Positions 55,478 to 64,000 of a stretch of 64,000 nucleotides of DNA are shown here, in pieces (the first letter of the stretch is position 1; each line of letters begins with the position of its first letter). The notes beneath the pieces are model-generated. The model ran no database searches and had not been told where the DNA came from. It saw nothing but the letters and a program-made list of their open reading frames with translations. This stretch comes from Bacteroidales bacterium (GTDB lineage Bacteria; Bacteroidota; Bacteroidia; Bacteroidales; WCHB1-69), in assembly GCA_017651425.1 (NCBI GenBank), contig JAGCCZ010000019.1, forward strand, positions 336-64,335, given 5' to 3'. Position numbers and translations under genes: made by a program.

Positions 55478-57862
55478 CTAACGTTTTTTCAGCAGTGGTG
55501 AACGGCTCAGGTCGGTGGGGTTGGTGCCTGGGACCCCCTCGGGCACGGGGATGCCGAGTCTCTTGAAGTGCTTCTTCCAATAGAGAGGGATTTTTCCGTC
55601 CGCATCCCGCCAGTTCATGGGCTTGGCCTCGAAAAAGTGGTTGTCGCCTTTGTCCTTGTAGTCGTTGAGGAAGCATTCGTAGATCAGCTCGGAGCAGTAG
55701 AGTGCCTTGTTGTTGGGCCGGAAGGCGTGATCGTAGGGTCGGCCGATGAAGGAGCGGGCACGTGTCAGCACGGTACTCTCGTTAAAGTGTCCCACAAACT
55801 CGTAAACATCGGGGAAAGGCAGGCTGTCACCGGGGTTGTACAAGAACGGACGTCGGGCAACGCCATACTGCGGGGTGGCGTCGATGATCCAGACGGTGTC
55901 GCCGACACTCTCCACTAAGGCCACATGCGAGTATTGTCCGGTGCTTGCCCGCACTGCACCGCCCATGCCCGCAGTGTCACTGAAGAAGAGCAGGTTGCAA
56001 GGCTGCAGGAAAGACAATGGGTTCAGGTGTCTGCGCAGATTCATGCCGACAGGCATCATAGGCCGCAGTGCCTTCCACAGCCCAGGCTGGCAGGTGGTGA
56101 AGGCCATGTCGGTCCCGCGAATTTGCATCGGCAGCAACCACGGGAAACATTCCCCACAGTCTTTCTGACTGCTGCCATGGGCTGTCAGGGTGTCGCCGTC
56201 ACGATTGACGAAGACAACTTTGTAGCCGGCATACGAGGTGCAGCCGCCCAAGTTGTGGAATATTTCTTTCAAATCGACCGTTCCCTCATGAAGGCCGAAA
56301 TCTTTCGGGGTAGGGAAGAGACTGTATTGTTCACCAAGACGAGACAACGCCAGCTCCACACTGTTGGCTGCGATTGAGTACGGTTTATGCCAAGAGGAAT
56401 CCACGGTATTCTCGCTCTCCACCAGATTGTCGCCGGAACGCTTGTAGCTCACGATGTGTTCGTCATAATAGAAACATCCTCCATAGTATGTATTGATGGT
56501 CACACTTTCCAATCCGCTGTGTACAAAGGCTTCCGTTGGATTTTTGTAGATGTAGGGTTCCATGAGGCCGTTGGTGTCAATGCTGAAGTTTTCCCGGATA
56601 TAGGCATCGTTTCCGGGTCCGAGAAGGATGATGATGCGGTCGGTGTGGTCGGGGTCGGGGAATATTTCTTGCACCGACAACGGCTTGGCGATGCGGTACC
56701 AGCCTTGGCCGTCCTGCAGGTAGATGCTTTCCCCGTCGGTGCGCCACAGACGGCCGCCGTGACGGATGGTGGGCAGTGCCTCTCTTCCGTATCGGCCATT
56801 TTGTTTTTCGGTTTTGTCAAAAAACTCGTCCAGGGTCATCTCCTCGGTGAAGAATCCGCAGATATCGGCTTGCCCGTCTGGACTGATGCGCACCACACCA
56901 TCAGGTGTTTCCAAATAAATATGTCCGTTGAGTGTGCCGCGGATGTTTTTATAGTACACATCATCGCGTACTATACGCCAATGTTCCATATCCTGCATCA
57001 GCACCAGCTGGCCGCTGTCGGTGATGCCCCACAGCTCGCCGGTGGCGTCGTCCACCTCGTAATTCACCACATTCAGCGGCATGGGCTGCCAATGGAGCTG
57101 CGCCCCGACAGGGGTGTAGGCCACGGTGCTTGCCTCCGAGACAATCAGCCATTGCCGCCAGGGGCGTATGCGATGGATCCAAGTGGCTGTGTAGCCCAGG
57201 TTCTCCAACAGTCCTTGATCAAGAGGGGTGGTGAGTTTTGTGGCGGTGCTCCAGTTGTCGGTGGTGTGGTAAAGCCCATTGCCGTAGGTGCCGGCGTAAC
57301 CATCGTTTGCATTGGTCATGTAGAGCTCATTGATGCCGTTTTCATCGTCTTTCTTTTTTACGAATGGTGGCATAAGGGAGGTGTATGTGCGCCCGCTGTC
57401 GGTGCTGTAAGCTAAATTCTCGAATTTGCGTCCGCTGCAGGAGGCTATCCACAAGCGTCCGTCGGGGTGGAAACAGAATCCGCGTGTCCAGATGAGTTTC
57501 GGATCCACTTTGACAGTGTCCCAATGAGATCCTCCATCGGTGGTGCGCAACACATAACCGCTTTGATGCAGGTAGCCCGCAGCAACAGCCGTTTTCGGAC
57601 CAAATCCAGCCACATGTTCGAAGGTTTCCCCTCCCAGATAGTCATCATCCTCGGAAGTTAACACGGTACGCCATGAGCCCCCCATGCTGTCAGCCATCCA
57701 AATGTGGCCGCAACCGTCGTACATCCACAGTTGGCCTGTGGTGGAGATGTCAACATTGGCGTAGCATGGAATCTTCAAATCGACGCGGCGGTCGCGCTGC
57801 TGCGACAACCCCATTTGCGCCAACAGCATGGCGGCAAACAGTATTGGGATTGTTCTTTTCAT
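55478..57862 (-). CDS. Secreted beta-propeller (BNR/Asp-box-like) protein fused to a C-terminal permuted papain-like C92 (YiiX/YaeF) domain
   Basis: 794 aa with a signal peptide. Asp-box-like TTDGGSHW and STDSGRTY occur in the N-terminal half. The C-terminal FFSDTAGMGG...YSHVALVE...ALYCSELIYECF matches the C92 family order (His then Cys). Confidence 0.6.
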   Translation of the reverse strand: MKRTIPILFAAMLLAQMGLSQQRDRRVDLKIPCYANVDISTTGQLWMYDGCGHIWMADSMGGSWRTVLTSEDDDYLGGETFEHVAGFGPKTAVAAGYLHQSGYVLRTTDGGSHWDTVKVDPKLIWTRGFCFHPDGRLWIASCSGRKFENLAYSTDSGRTYTSLMPPFVKKKDDENGINELYMTNANDGYAGTYGNGLYHTTDNWSTATKLTTPLDQGLLENLGYTATWIHRIRPWRQWLIVSEASTVAYTPVGAQLHWQPMPLNVVNYEVDDATGELWGITDSGQLVLMQDMEHWRIVRDDVYYKNIRGTLNGHIYLETPDGVVRISPDGQADICGFFTEEMTLDEFFDKTEKQNGRYGREALPTIRHGGRLWRTDGESIYLQDGQGWYRIAKPLSVQEIFPDPDHTDRIIILLGPGNDAYIRENFSIDTNGLMEPYIYKNPTEAFVHSGLESVTINTYYGGCFYYDEHIVSYKRSGDNLVESENTVDSSWHKPYSIAANSVELALSRLGEQYSLFPTPKDFGLHEGTVDLKEIFHNLGGCTSYAGYKVVFVNRDGDTLTAHGSSQKDCGECFPWLLPMQIRGTDMAFTTCQPGLWKALRPMMPVGMNLRRHLNPLSFLQPCNLLFFSDTAGMGGAVRASTGQYSHVALVESVGDTVWIIDATPQYGVARRPFLYNPGDSLPFPDVYEFVGHFNESTVLTRARSFIGRPYDHAFRPNNKALYCSELIYECFLNDYKDKGDNHFFEAKPMNWRDADGKIPLYWKKHFKRLGIPVPEGVPGTNPTDLSRSPLLKKR

Positions 57863-57909
57863 TTCATTTTTGTTTTATTATAATGATCCCACCACTCTGG
57901 GTTTATCGT

Positions 57910-60528
57910 TTATTCCGACTTCGCCACCTTCACTGTTGCGGTTTTGCCGTCGATGGATTGTATTCGAAGCAGGTACATTCCAGCTGGAGCGTCTGACAAA
58001 TCTATGGTCAGATGATTGCCGTCCATTTTCCCACGCATGATTTCTTTGCCAAACAAATCAGTAACACAATATGTTGCATTGCTCATATTGCATTCCACAT
58101 TGAAAATTGAATTCGATGGATTGGGCCATACGCGAATATCGTTCGGCGAATGATCCACTATGCCTACCGATGTGACATTCAGCACTTTCATCACATCCTG
58201 CGCCGGAAAATACTGGTCGTTGCCGGTTTGCGAGGCGGTGATGATGGCTAATCCGGGTGCATTGAGTATCAGGATGCTGCCATACACCGTGGCGATGGTT
58301 TCATCATTACAAGTGTAGCTTACGGGCAGCCCCGATGTGGCGGTCGCGGTAAGAGGCAGGTAGTGGTCGTCCAGGCTGACGTTCAGGTCTTGGTTCCAAA
58401 TAATAGTTTGGGGTTGTGGCTCTTCCGTCCCGCCAGTTTCATTAACGGTAAGTATTTTGACCACATTCTGTGCGGGATGGAAATAGGCGTTCCCGGCCTG
58501 CGAGGCGATGATGACAGCTTGCCCCGCACCGACTAACGTGAGCGTGTTCCCGTTCACAGTGGCAATGTTCTCATCGCTGCAGGTGTAGCTTACGGGCAGC
58601 CCCGACGAAGCGGTGGCGTTCAACACCAGCGTGCCGCTGTCAATGCTGGTGGTCAAAGTCTGGTTCCAAGTGATGTTTTGGTTCAGCACCGGAGCGGCCA
58701 CATTCACGATCAGGCTCACATCGGCGGCGGGCTGGTAAAGCGTGTTGCCGGCCTGTGAAGCGGTGATGAGGGCGGCTCCAATCCCCACGAAATAGAGACT
58801 GTCGTTGCTGACGTACGCAATGCTTGTGTCGCTGCTGCTGTAGCTTACGGGCAAGCCCGAGGTGGCCGTGGCGGTCAAGAGGATGGGCGCGTCGCCCAAG
58901 GTGGCGGCGAGCGTCTGGTTCCAGCTGATGGTCTGGCTCATGGTTGTTTGCGTGCACTCGTAGGCCCCGATGTCGGCAATGCTGTTGTAAATGCGCGGAT
59001 TGCCGTCCATGTCCGTGGCGGGCAGATAAGTGATAAATGCCGTGTTGGGGTCGCCAGCGTCCACCAAGGGAGAAATGGGCTGTATGTTCCAGTCGGCGGT
59101 GAGGTTTGATAAGTCCGTGGCGATGGTCGTGGCCCCAATCATAGAGGACGGTGCGACGAACATCGGTAAGTTGGCGGTGTCCAACACGATATTGGTGCTG
59201 TCGGCGGCAAAGTCGCTGGTGGGGTTCGCGTCACTGGCGCAATAGGTGTAGGGAACCGAGAAATTGGTGGACCATCTGGTGTTGGAGGCTGTGCTGCCGC
59301 GCTTGTTGTTCCAGGTCACCGTGTTCTTGACAGTGGCGGCCTTGGTGGTACGGATGCCCCCGGTACCGTTGGCATGGGTGGTCTGTGCAAGGTTGTTCGT
59401 CACCACGCAGTTTGTCATATATAACCGTCCTGCAGGATCACCGGTGTTATTGGAGGAGGTGTTTGTTCCATTGGCGTACGATGCCACACCGCCGGTTACA
59501 TCGATGCCCTCGGTGGAGATGGCGCTGTTGTTGGCAATCACACAACCCAAAATATGTGTGGTGTGCGTATATGCGCTGACACCGCCGGCAATATATGGCC
59601 AACTGTTGTCCGCGCTGGCAGTGGTGGCCGTGGTATAGACGGTGTTGTCAATGATGCGCGAATTAAGAATCCTCCACTCGCATTTCGTGTTGACGTAGTC
59701 GAAGTCGTTGCTCTGTGTGAGGATGCCGCCAGCCTTGGCAGTCAGTCCGGAAGCGACATTCTTCACAATGTCACAATTGTTTACAATAATATTATTGGTT
59801 GTAGAATAAGCATACGTGTTGAACCTCATGCCACCGAACTGGTTACCAGTGTTTTCTGCAATCACACAGTTATTAAACTCAAACGTGGCTCCGTAAGTTT
59901 GGTTTCCGTTGTACATCTGCACGCCGCCGTATGTGGTATTTCCAATGATTTTACAATCAGAAACCTGGAATGTGGAACTGTAGTACGTGTTGTTATATGC
60001 CAAGGTCAAATACAGACCGCTGGCATTCCCTGTCATAGTGCAGTTGGAGATGGTGTGTGTGTTGTTGGCCAGATCGTAAACGCCATACGAGGTGCCGCCC
60101 GTCACATAAAAGCCGTCGAGGGTGTTTCTCCCGCAATGATAACTGCTATTGTAGTAATAATAGCCGTCAATTAGGACGGCGTAGTTGCTGCTCTGCTGCG
60201 CATCGATTCGGGAGCAGGAGCTATCGGCGGCGATGCCGTAAGTGAGCGGCTGCCGCTCATACAAATGTGCCTCCGTGCCCGCGAACCCGCCATACACATG
60301 CGTGCCGCTCTTGATGGTGCAGGCTGGATAGGTGCCTGCCGCCACGAACACCGAATCGTCGTTGGTTGAGGTGATCAGCGCCATCGCCCCATTGATGGTG
60401 GCCTTGGCCGTGGCCCACGAAAGGCCGTTGTTGTTGTCGTTACCTTGGTTGGAAACGAAATAGGTGGTCTGTGCCGGGAGCATGACACATATTGTCAAAA
60501 TCATCCCCAAAAAGAGAATTTTTTTCAT
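57910..60528 (-). CDS. T9SS-sorted surface protein: right-handed beta-helix region, three tandem Ig-like repeats and a Por C-terminal sorting domain
   Basis: Start at MKKILFLGMILTICVMLPAQ. N/T/G-rich NxxxxN beta-helix-like repeats. Three ~80-aa repeats (Q.I.WNQ.L...ATA.SGLPVSY...ASQ.GN). The C-terminal VWPNPSNSIFNV...GMYLLRIQSIDGKTATVKVAK is a typical T9SS CTD. Confidence 0.75.
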   Translation of the reverse strand: MKKILFLGMILTICVMLPAQTTYFVSNQGNDNNNGLSWATAKATINGAMALITSTNDDSVFVAAGTYPACTIKSGTHVYGGFAGTEAHLYERQPLTYGIAADSSCSRIDAQQSSNYAVLIDGYYYYNSSYHCGRNTLDGFYVTGGTSYGVYDLANNTHTISNCTMTGNASGLYLTLAYNNTYYSSTFQVSDCKIIGNTTYGGVQMYNGNQTYGATFEFNNCVIAENTGNQFGGMRFNTYAYSTTNNIIVNNCDIVKNVASGLTAKAGGILTQSNDFDYVNTKCEWRILNSRIIDNTVYTTATTASADNSWPYIAGGVSAYTHTTHILGCVIANNSAISTEGIDVTGGVASYANGTNTSSNNTGDPAGRLYMTNCVVTNNLAQTTHANGTGGIRTTKAATVKNTVTWNNKRGSTASNTRWSTNFSVPYTYCASDANPTSDFAADSTNIVLDTANLPMFVAPSSMIGATTIATDLSNLTADWNIQPISPLVDAGDPNTAFITYLPATDMDGNPRIYNSIADIGAYECTQTTMSQTISWNQTLAATLGDAPILLTATATSGLPVSYSSSDTSIAYVSNDSLYFVGIGAALITASQAGNTLYQPAADVSLIVNVAAPVLNQNITWNQTLTTSIDSGTLVLNATASSGLPVSYTCSDENIATVNGNTLTLVGAGQAVIIASQAGNAYFHPAQNVVKILTVNETGGTEEPQPQTIIWNQDLNVSLDDHYLPLTATATSGLPVSYTCNDETIATVYGSILILNAPGLAIITASQTGNDQYFPAQDVMKVLNVTSVGIVDHSPNDIRVWPNPSNSIFNVECNMSNATYCVTDLFGKEIMRGKMDGNHLTIDLSDAPAGMYLLRIQSIDGKTATVKVAKSE
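58174..58935 (-). repeat. Three tandem ~240-270-bp repeats inside the T9SS surface protein gene
   Basis: Protein residues about 557-635, 642-720 and 731-810 are mutually similar. At DNA level, gtagcttacgggca(g/a)gccccga recurs three times. Confidence 0.8.
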
Positions 60529-60685
60529 ACTTGTCTGATGGTTATCTATACGGAATACTTGTATGTTTAATTTGTAATAAATACAATTGGTTACAGTCGG
60601 CAAAAATACAATATTTTCTTAGTCGTCAAAAACACACATGGCAGATATCGACACAGCATTGTAACTGTTATTCGAACCCGGAGAT

Positions 60686-62089
60686 CTATGGGTGGCTGGA
60701 AGACAATTCTTTTCGTAAAGAAATCAAGTCTTTGTTTCTGGAAACGGGCAGATGATTCCCTTCCAGGTCTTCAAGATACTTTTCAGGATTTTCATGGAGC
60801 AAATAGAGGGCATCTTCATATAGGATCTGCTCCAGGCTTTTCTGACTCTTTTTCGCATCCTCAAGGATTTTGGCATATAGTTTTGGCTTTGATTTGATGG
60901 AGGATATAACAATGTTGGCTGCGGAATCTATGGCCGCTTTGTCGTAGCAGAGATGCAGTAATGCTCTGGAAAGGAATTTGCTGCCGAAATCATAAAGTTG
61001 CGTTGTATTATAGATGAGCATGATATAGTCCGTTCGCATCAGCTCCTGCTCAAGGTCCAAATCTAACGTGGCAGTGTTCGCGGAATCGAAATATACAATG
61101 TAGTTGTAGTACCAGTACGGGTAATGTCGGAAAATGTCGTGCAAGGGGATGTTATAGGCGAAATTCCAGAAATAGGAGTCTCCGATGGTCAGGAAATAGG
61201 GCATGACAGCGGTAGTGTCCTCTTCGGCTTTTACCTGTGCGTACCAGTATGGAGACGATTTTATGGGGAAAAACAGGTTGAGGAGTTCCTCCAAATCATT
61301 GTCGGACTGCCGGGGCTCCGCCTGATATCTTTCGCCAATATTAATATTGACAAGATTCTGATCCCCTAAAATCTCCATATACCGAATAATGGAATCAAAA
61401 GCATGGATGGAGGCGATGTTGCTCCAGTGCGCGCCCGTTTTCGAGTACAATGGATAATCGACAGTATCTTTGGCGTTCTGAAAAACCGCCACATTGTCAA
61501 TGTAGTTTATGCCAAGTTCATCGAACATTCTTTTATAGTAGTCGTAGGCATGGAGGCCATCGGGATGAAAGTGGTTTCTGTTTTTTGGCAGATATTCCGG
61601 GTAAATCACATCTTTTCCGGGATTTATGACAACGAAAAGATGAATGTTGTATTCATCCAGCAGTTTTTGTACTTTCCAGAGACGCAGGGCCTCGGTCTCG
61701 AAAATCTTTCTCATGGCCACCGTGTCATCTGTGTGTTGGTACATCAGGCTCTCGTAGTGGTCCTTGACATACACTTCCTCAAACAGCCAGTCGTTTTTCC
61801 CACGCACCACATTGGCGTTGTTTGTTTCCCTGAAACAGCTCCAGAGATATTGGTTGTACGCCCTGACCAGCCACTCGCGGAAGCCGAAATGGTCTTGGAG
61901 ATAACTGTCCACATTGCTTTGAAAAGAGCCGTCAACGTAGTTCTTTAATGTCAGCTTCGGTTTTTCTGTTTCAGTGGTGACCCCATGGAGCGGTTCAAGT
62001 CGGACCACCCCGGTGAAGGTTTGCAGTAAAAAGACGACCATAACAGCTATCGTGCAGATAAACAGTATCTTGTAAAAATGCTTTCTCAT
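60686..62089 (-). CDS. AlgJ/AlgX/DltD-like SGNH-fold O-acetyltransferase partner protein
   Basis: Start at MRKHFYKILFICTIAVMVVFL (N-terminal anchor). Contains a KTGAHWSN (D/T-x-HW-like) motif. Lies 10 nt downstream of the MBOAT gene. Confidence 0.6.
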   Translation of the reverse strand: MRKHFYKILFICTIAVMVVFLLQTFTGVVRLEPLHGVTTETEKPKLTLKNYVDGSFQSNVDSYLQDHFGFREWLVRAYNQYLWSCFRETNNANVVRGKNDWLFEEVYVKDHYESLMYQHTDDTVAMRKIFETEALRLWKVQKLLDEYNIHLFVVINPGKDVIYPEYLPKNRNHFHPDGLHAYDYYKRMFDELGINYIDNVAVFQNAKDTVDYPLYSKTGAHWSNIASIHAFDSIIRYMEILGDQNLVNINIGERYQAEPRQSDNDLEELLNLFFPIKSSPYWYAQVKAEEDTTAVMPYFLTIGDSYFWNFAYNIPLHDIFRHYPYWYYNYIVYFDSANTATLDLDLEQELMRTDYIMLIYNTTQLYDFGSKFLSRALLHLCYDKAAIDSAANIVISSIKSKPKLYAKILEDAKKSQKSLEQILYEDALYLLHENPEKYLEDLEGNHLPVSRNKDLISLRKELSSSHP

Positions 62090-62099
62090 GGTTGTCGTT

Positions 62100-63518
62100 T
62101 TAGAATCTGAAATATATGAACGGACTGAAACCTGTCGCATTGAGGGCGCTGAGACAGATTATGAAAAGCAAGATACTCGCAGGCCAAATCGCAAGATGCT
62201 GCTTTTTGGTGTAATCGGTATAATAGACAGCGTGTTGCCATCTTTTCCCAAGAGGGGACAGGACGATGAATGCAAAGAATACTGCTATGATGAGCGTGGC
62301 GTAAAAATGCAAGCTGCTGATGGGAACAACAGGTTGAAAATCAAAGGCAAATAATCTGGAAATGAATATGGCTGCATCTGAAAGGTTTTCGATGCGGAAG
62401 ATGGCCCAACCCACTGTGACAATCAGGAAGGTGATGATGACGCTGGGGATGTTGCCGATTTTTTCGTAGAATTTTCCCAGTCCGATGCGCTCCAGCACGA
62501 GCCAAATGCCGTGATAGGCTCCCCAGATGACGAAGTTCCAGCTTGCGCCGTGCCATAATCCGGACAGGAGGAACACCACCCAAAGGTTGAAGTACATCCT
62601 CCGTTTGGAACATCGGTTGCCGCCGAGCGGGATATAGAGGTAGTTGCGCATGAATGTGCCGAGCGTGATATGCCATCGCCGCCAGAACTCGCTGACACTT
62701 TTTGAGTTATAGGGATTGTCGAAATTCTCCGGGAAATGGAACCCCATGATTTTGCCCAAGCCGATGGCCATGTCGGAGTAGCCCGAGAAATCGAAATAGA
62801 GCTGCATGGTGTAGGCGACGATGGTGATCCAGGCAGTGCCAGTGCCCATGGCGGGCAGATCGCCTGCAAGCAGTGCGTCCACCTGGCGACCAATCACATC
62901 CGCAATCAGAACTTTCTTGGAAAGCCCTATCACAAAGCGGTAAAAACCCTGCAGACTCTCCGACCAGCTCTGCTCCCTGTTGCGGATTTCGTCCGCAATG
63001 TCGCAGTAGCGCACAATGGGGCCGGCGATGAGCTGGGGGAACATGATGATGTAGAGCATATAGTCGGTGAGCCGCTCCATCGGCTTGTGGACATTGCGGT
63101 AGGCATCGACCACGTAGGTGATGGACTGGAACGTGAAAAAGGAGATGCCGATGGGCAGCAGCACCTTCGCCATCGTGAACGGCTCCAAACCGAATACCCC
63201 GAGAAGCGCATTCAGGTTCTCCACGAAGAAGTTCGCATACTTGAAATAGCCCAAAAGTCCGAGACTGACCGTGATGGCCAATCCGGCAAGGACTTTTCTG
63301 TGTGTTGGGTTGTCTGATTGATACAACCGCTTCACCAGATAGAAATTGATCACAGTGGAACCGAGGAGCAACAAAATGAATGTGGGTGCTCCGTATGCGT
63401 AAAAAAGGATGGAAAACAGCTGCAAAATGATGTTCCGCCATCGTTTCGGGCATGCAAAATAGCATATTAGGAAGACGGGTAGGAATAGTATCAGGAAAAC
63501 ATTGCTGCTAAAAATCAT
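62100..63518 (-). CDS. MBOAT family O-acyltransferase (AlgI/DltB/PatA-like)
   Basis: About 470-aa polytopic protein. FWRRWHITLGTFMRNYLYIPLGGNR contains the conserved MBOAT histidine region. Confidence 0.85.
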   Translation of the reverse strand: MIFSSNVFLILFLPVFLICYFACPKRWRNIILQLFSILFYAYGAPTFILLLLGSTVINFYLVKRLYQSDNPTHRKVLAGLAITVSLGLLGYFKYANFFVENLNALLGVFGLEPFTMAKVLLPIGISFFTFQSITYVVDAYRNVHKPMERLTDYMLYIIMFPQLIAGPIVRYCDIADEIRNREQSWSESLQGFYRFVIGLSKKVLIADVIGRQVDALLAGDLPAMGTGTAWITIVAYTMQLYFDFSGYSDMAIGLGKIMGFHFPENFDNPYNSKSVSEFWRRWHITLGTFMRNYLYIPLGGNRCSKRRMYFNLWVVFLLSGLWHGASWNFVIWGAYHGIWLVLERIGLGKFYEKIGNIPSVIITFLIVTVGWAIFRIENLSDAAIFISRLFAFDFQPVVPISSLHFYATLIIAVFFAFIVLSPLGKRWQHAVYYTDYTKKQHLAIWPASILLFIICLSALNATGFSPFIYFRF

Positions 63519-63616
63519 GTTTCTTAGCGGTATAGATTCAACCTGCAAAATTATAAAAAAACAGAATCATCCCTTTAAGTCTTGCAAAAAAACGGCGTGG
63601 TAATCTTAATCATCGT

Positions 63617-63665
63617 GGTCTGCGGGACAACTATATGCCCGCGGAACTCGCAGAAATACGCAGAC
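63617..63665 (-). repeat. Fragments of the palindromic repeat, R16
   Basis: ggtctgcggga (terminal stem), then tgcccgcggaactcgcagaaatacgcagac (orientation-B left arm). Sits between the MBOAT gene and the NhaC-like gene. Confidence 0.55.
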
Positions 63666-63739
63666 AGAATATTTACAAGATTCAAGGGGGATAATTCAGT
63701 TTTTTCATGAAAAATTTTATACTTTTGCGTTTTATTTGA

Positions 63740-64000
63740 ATGGATTATAATAGTATGGAAGATGACGCTCCCCGAATCCATTGGCTTGTTGCATTAGTGC
63801 CTTTTGCGGTACTGGTGGTGCTGCAAGTCCTCGTGATCAAGCAGTTCGGTTCCGACGCCATTGACGGTGCCAGCCAGACGGCATTGCTTTTTTCCGCTGC
63901 CGTGGCCGTGGCCATCGCCATGGTTGGCTACAAGGTGCCCTGGAAGACCATCAACGGGGCGATTGGCGACAACATCAAAACCATTGGTCCAGCCATTCTC
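63740..64000 (+). CDS. Na+/H+ antiporter NhaC family, 5' partial (runs off the window)
   Basis: Open frame from ATG 63740 (or 63755) to the window end: M(DYNSM)EDDAPRIHWLVALVPFAVLVVLQVLVIKQFGSDAIDGASQTALLFSAAVAVAIAMVG. Preceded by TACTTTTG at 63720-63727. Confidence 0.55.
   Translation, partial: MDYNSMEDDAPRIHWLVALVPFAVLVVLQVLVIKQFGSDAIDGASQTALLFSAAVAVAIAMVGYKVPWKTINGAIGDNIKTIGPAIL

Overview
This chromosomal window reads like a Bacteroidales (Prevotellaceae-like) genome. Bacteroidetes-type TAnnTTTG -7 boxes sit 10-30 nt ahead of many start codons. There are many signal-peptide or lipoprotein genes and one T9SS-sorted surface protein. I count about 65 protein-coding genes and recognise no rRNA, tRNA, CRISPR array, transposase or integrase. 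Left part (0-28 kb): a secreted non-specific nuclease, sbcDC, an AraC-type regulator apparently frameshifted in a T7 run and coupled to a GH53-like glycosidase, a MazF-type TA pair, a DAACS symporter, a cupin/TM-protein module, a beta-carbonic anhydrase, a nitroreductase, a prolyl oligopeptidase and a HemN-like radical SAM enzyme. Right part (44-64 kb): dgkA, a DNA-alkylation-repair protein, hydrolases, a second copy of the cupin/TM module, pepD, a beta-propeller/C92-peptidase fusion, a large T9SS beta-helix adhesin, an MBOAT/AlgJ-like O-acetylation pair and the 5' end of an NhaC-type antiporter. The middle (28.4-43.6 kb) is the unusual part. It holds 14 full, half or decayed copies of a ~65-bp palindromic repeat built from three phased CGCAGA hexamers and their three inverted partners. 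Thirteen of the 14 are in the same orientation, and most start 1-13 nt after the stop codon of a small accessory gene. That cargo includes CAT-family and GNAT acetyltransferases, a HicB-like antitoxin, Fic, an ICMT-like methyltransferase, flavodoxin, FMN reductase, a 4Fe-4S protein and small membrane proteins. It looks like a repeat-delimited gene-cassette array with no recombinase in the window. From sequence alone I cannot tell whether it is a REP/BIME-like terminator family that accumulated in an accessory region or a recombination-active cassette system. Three rearrangement footprints make the second option worth testing: a 25-bp perfect duplication bracketing one cassette, near-identical direct copies bracketing the Fic gene, and half-repeats.
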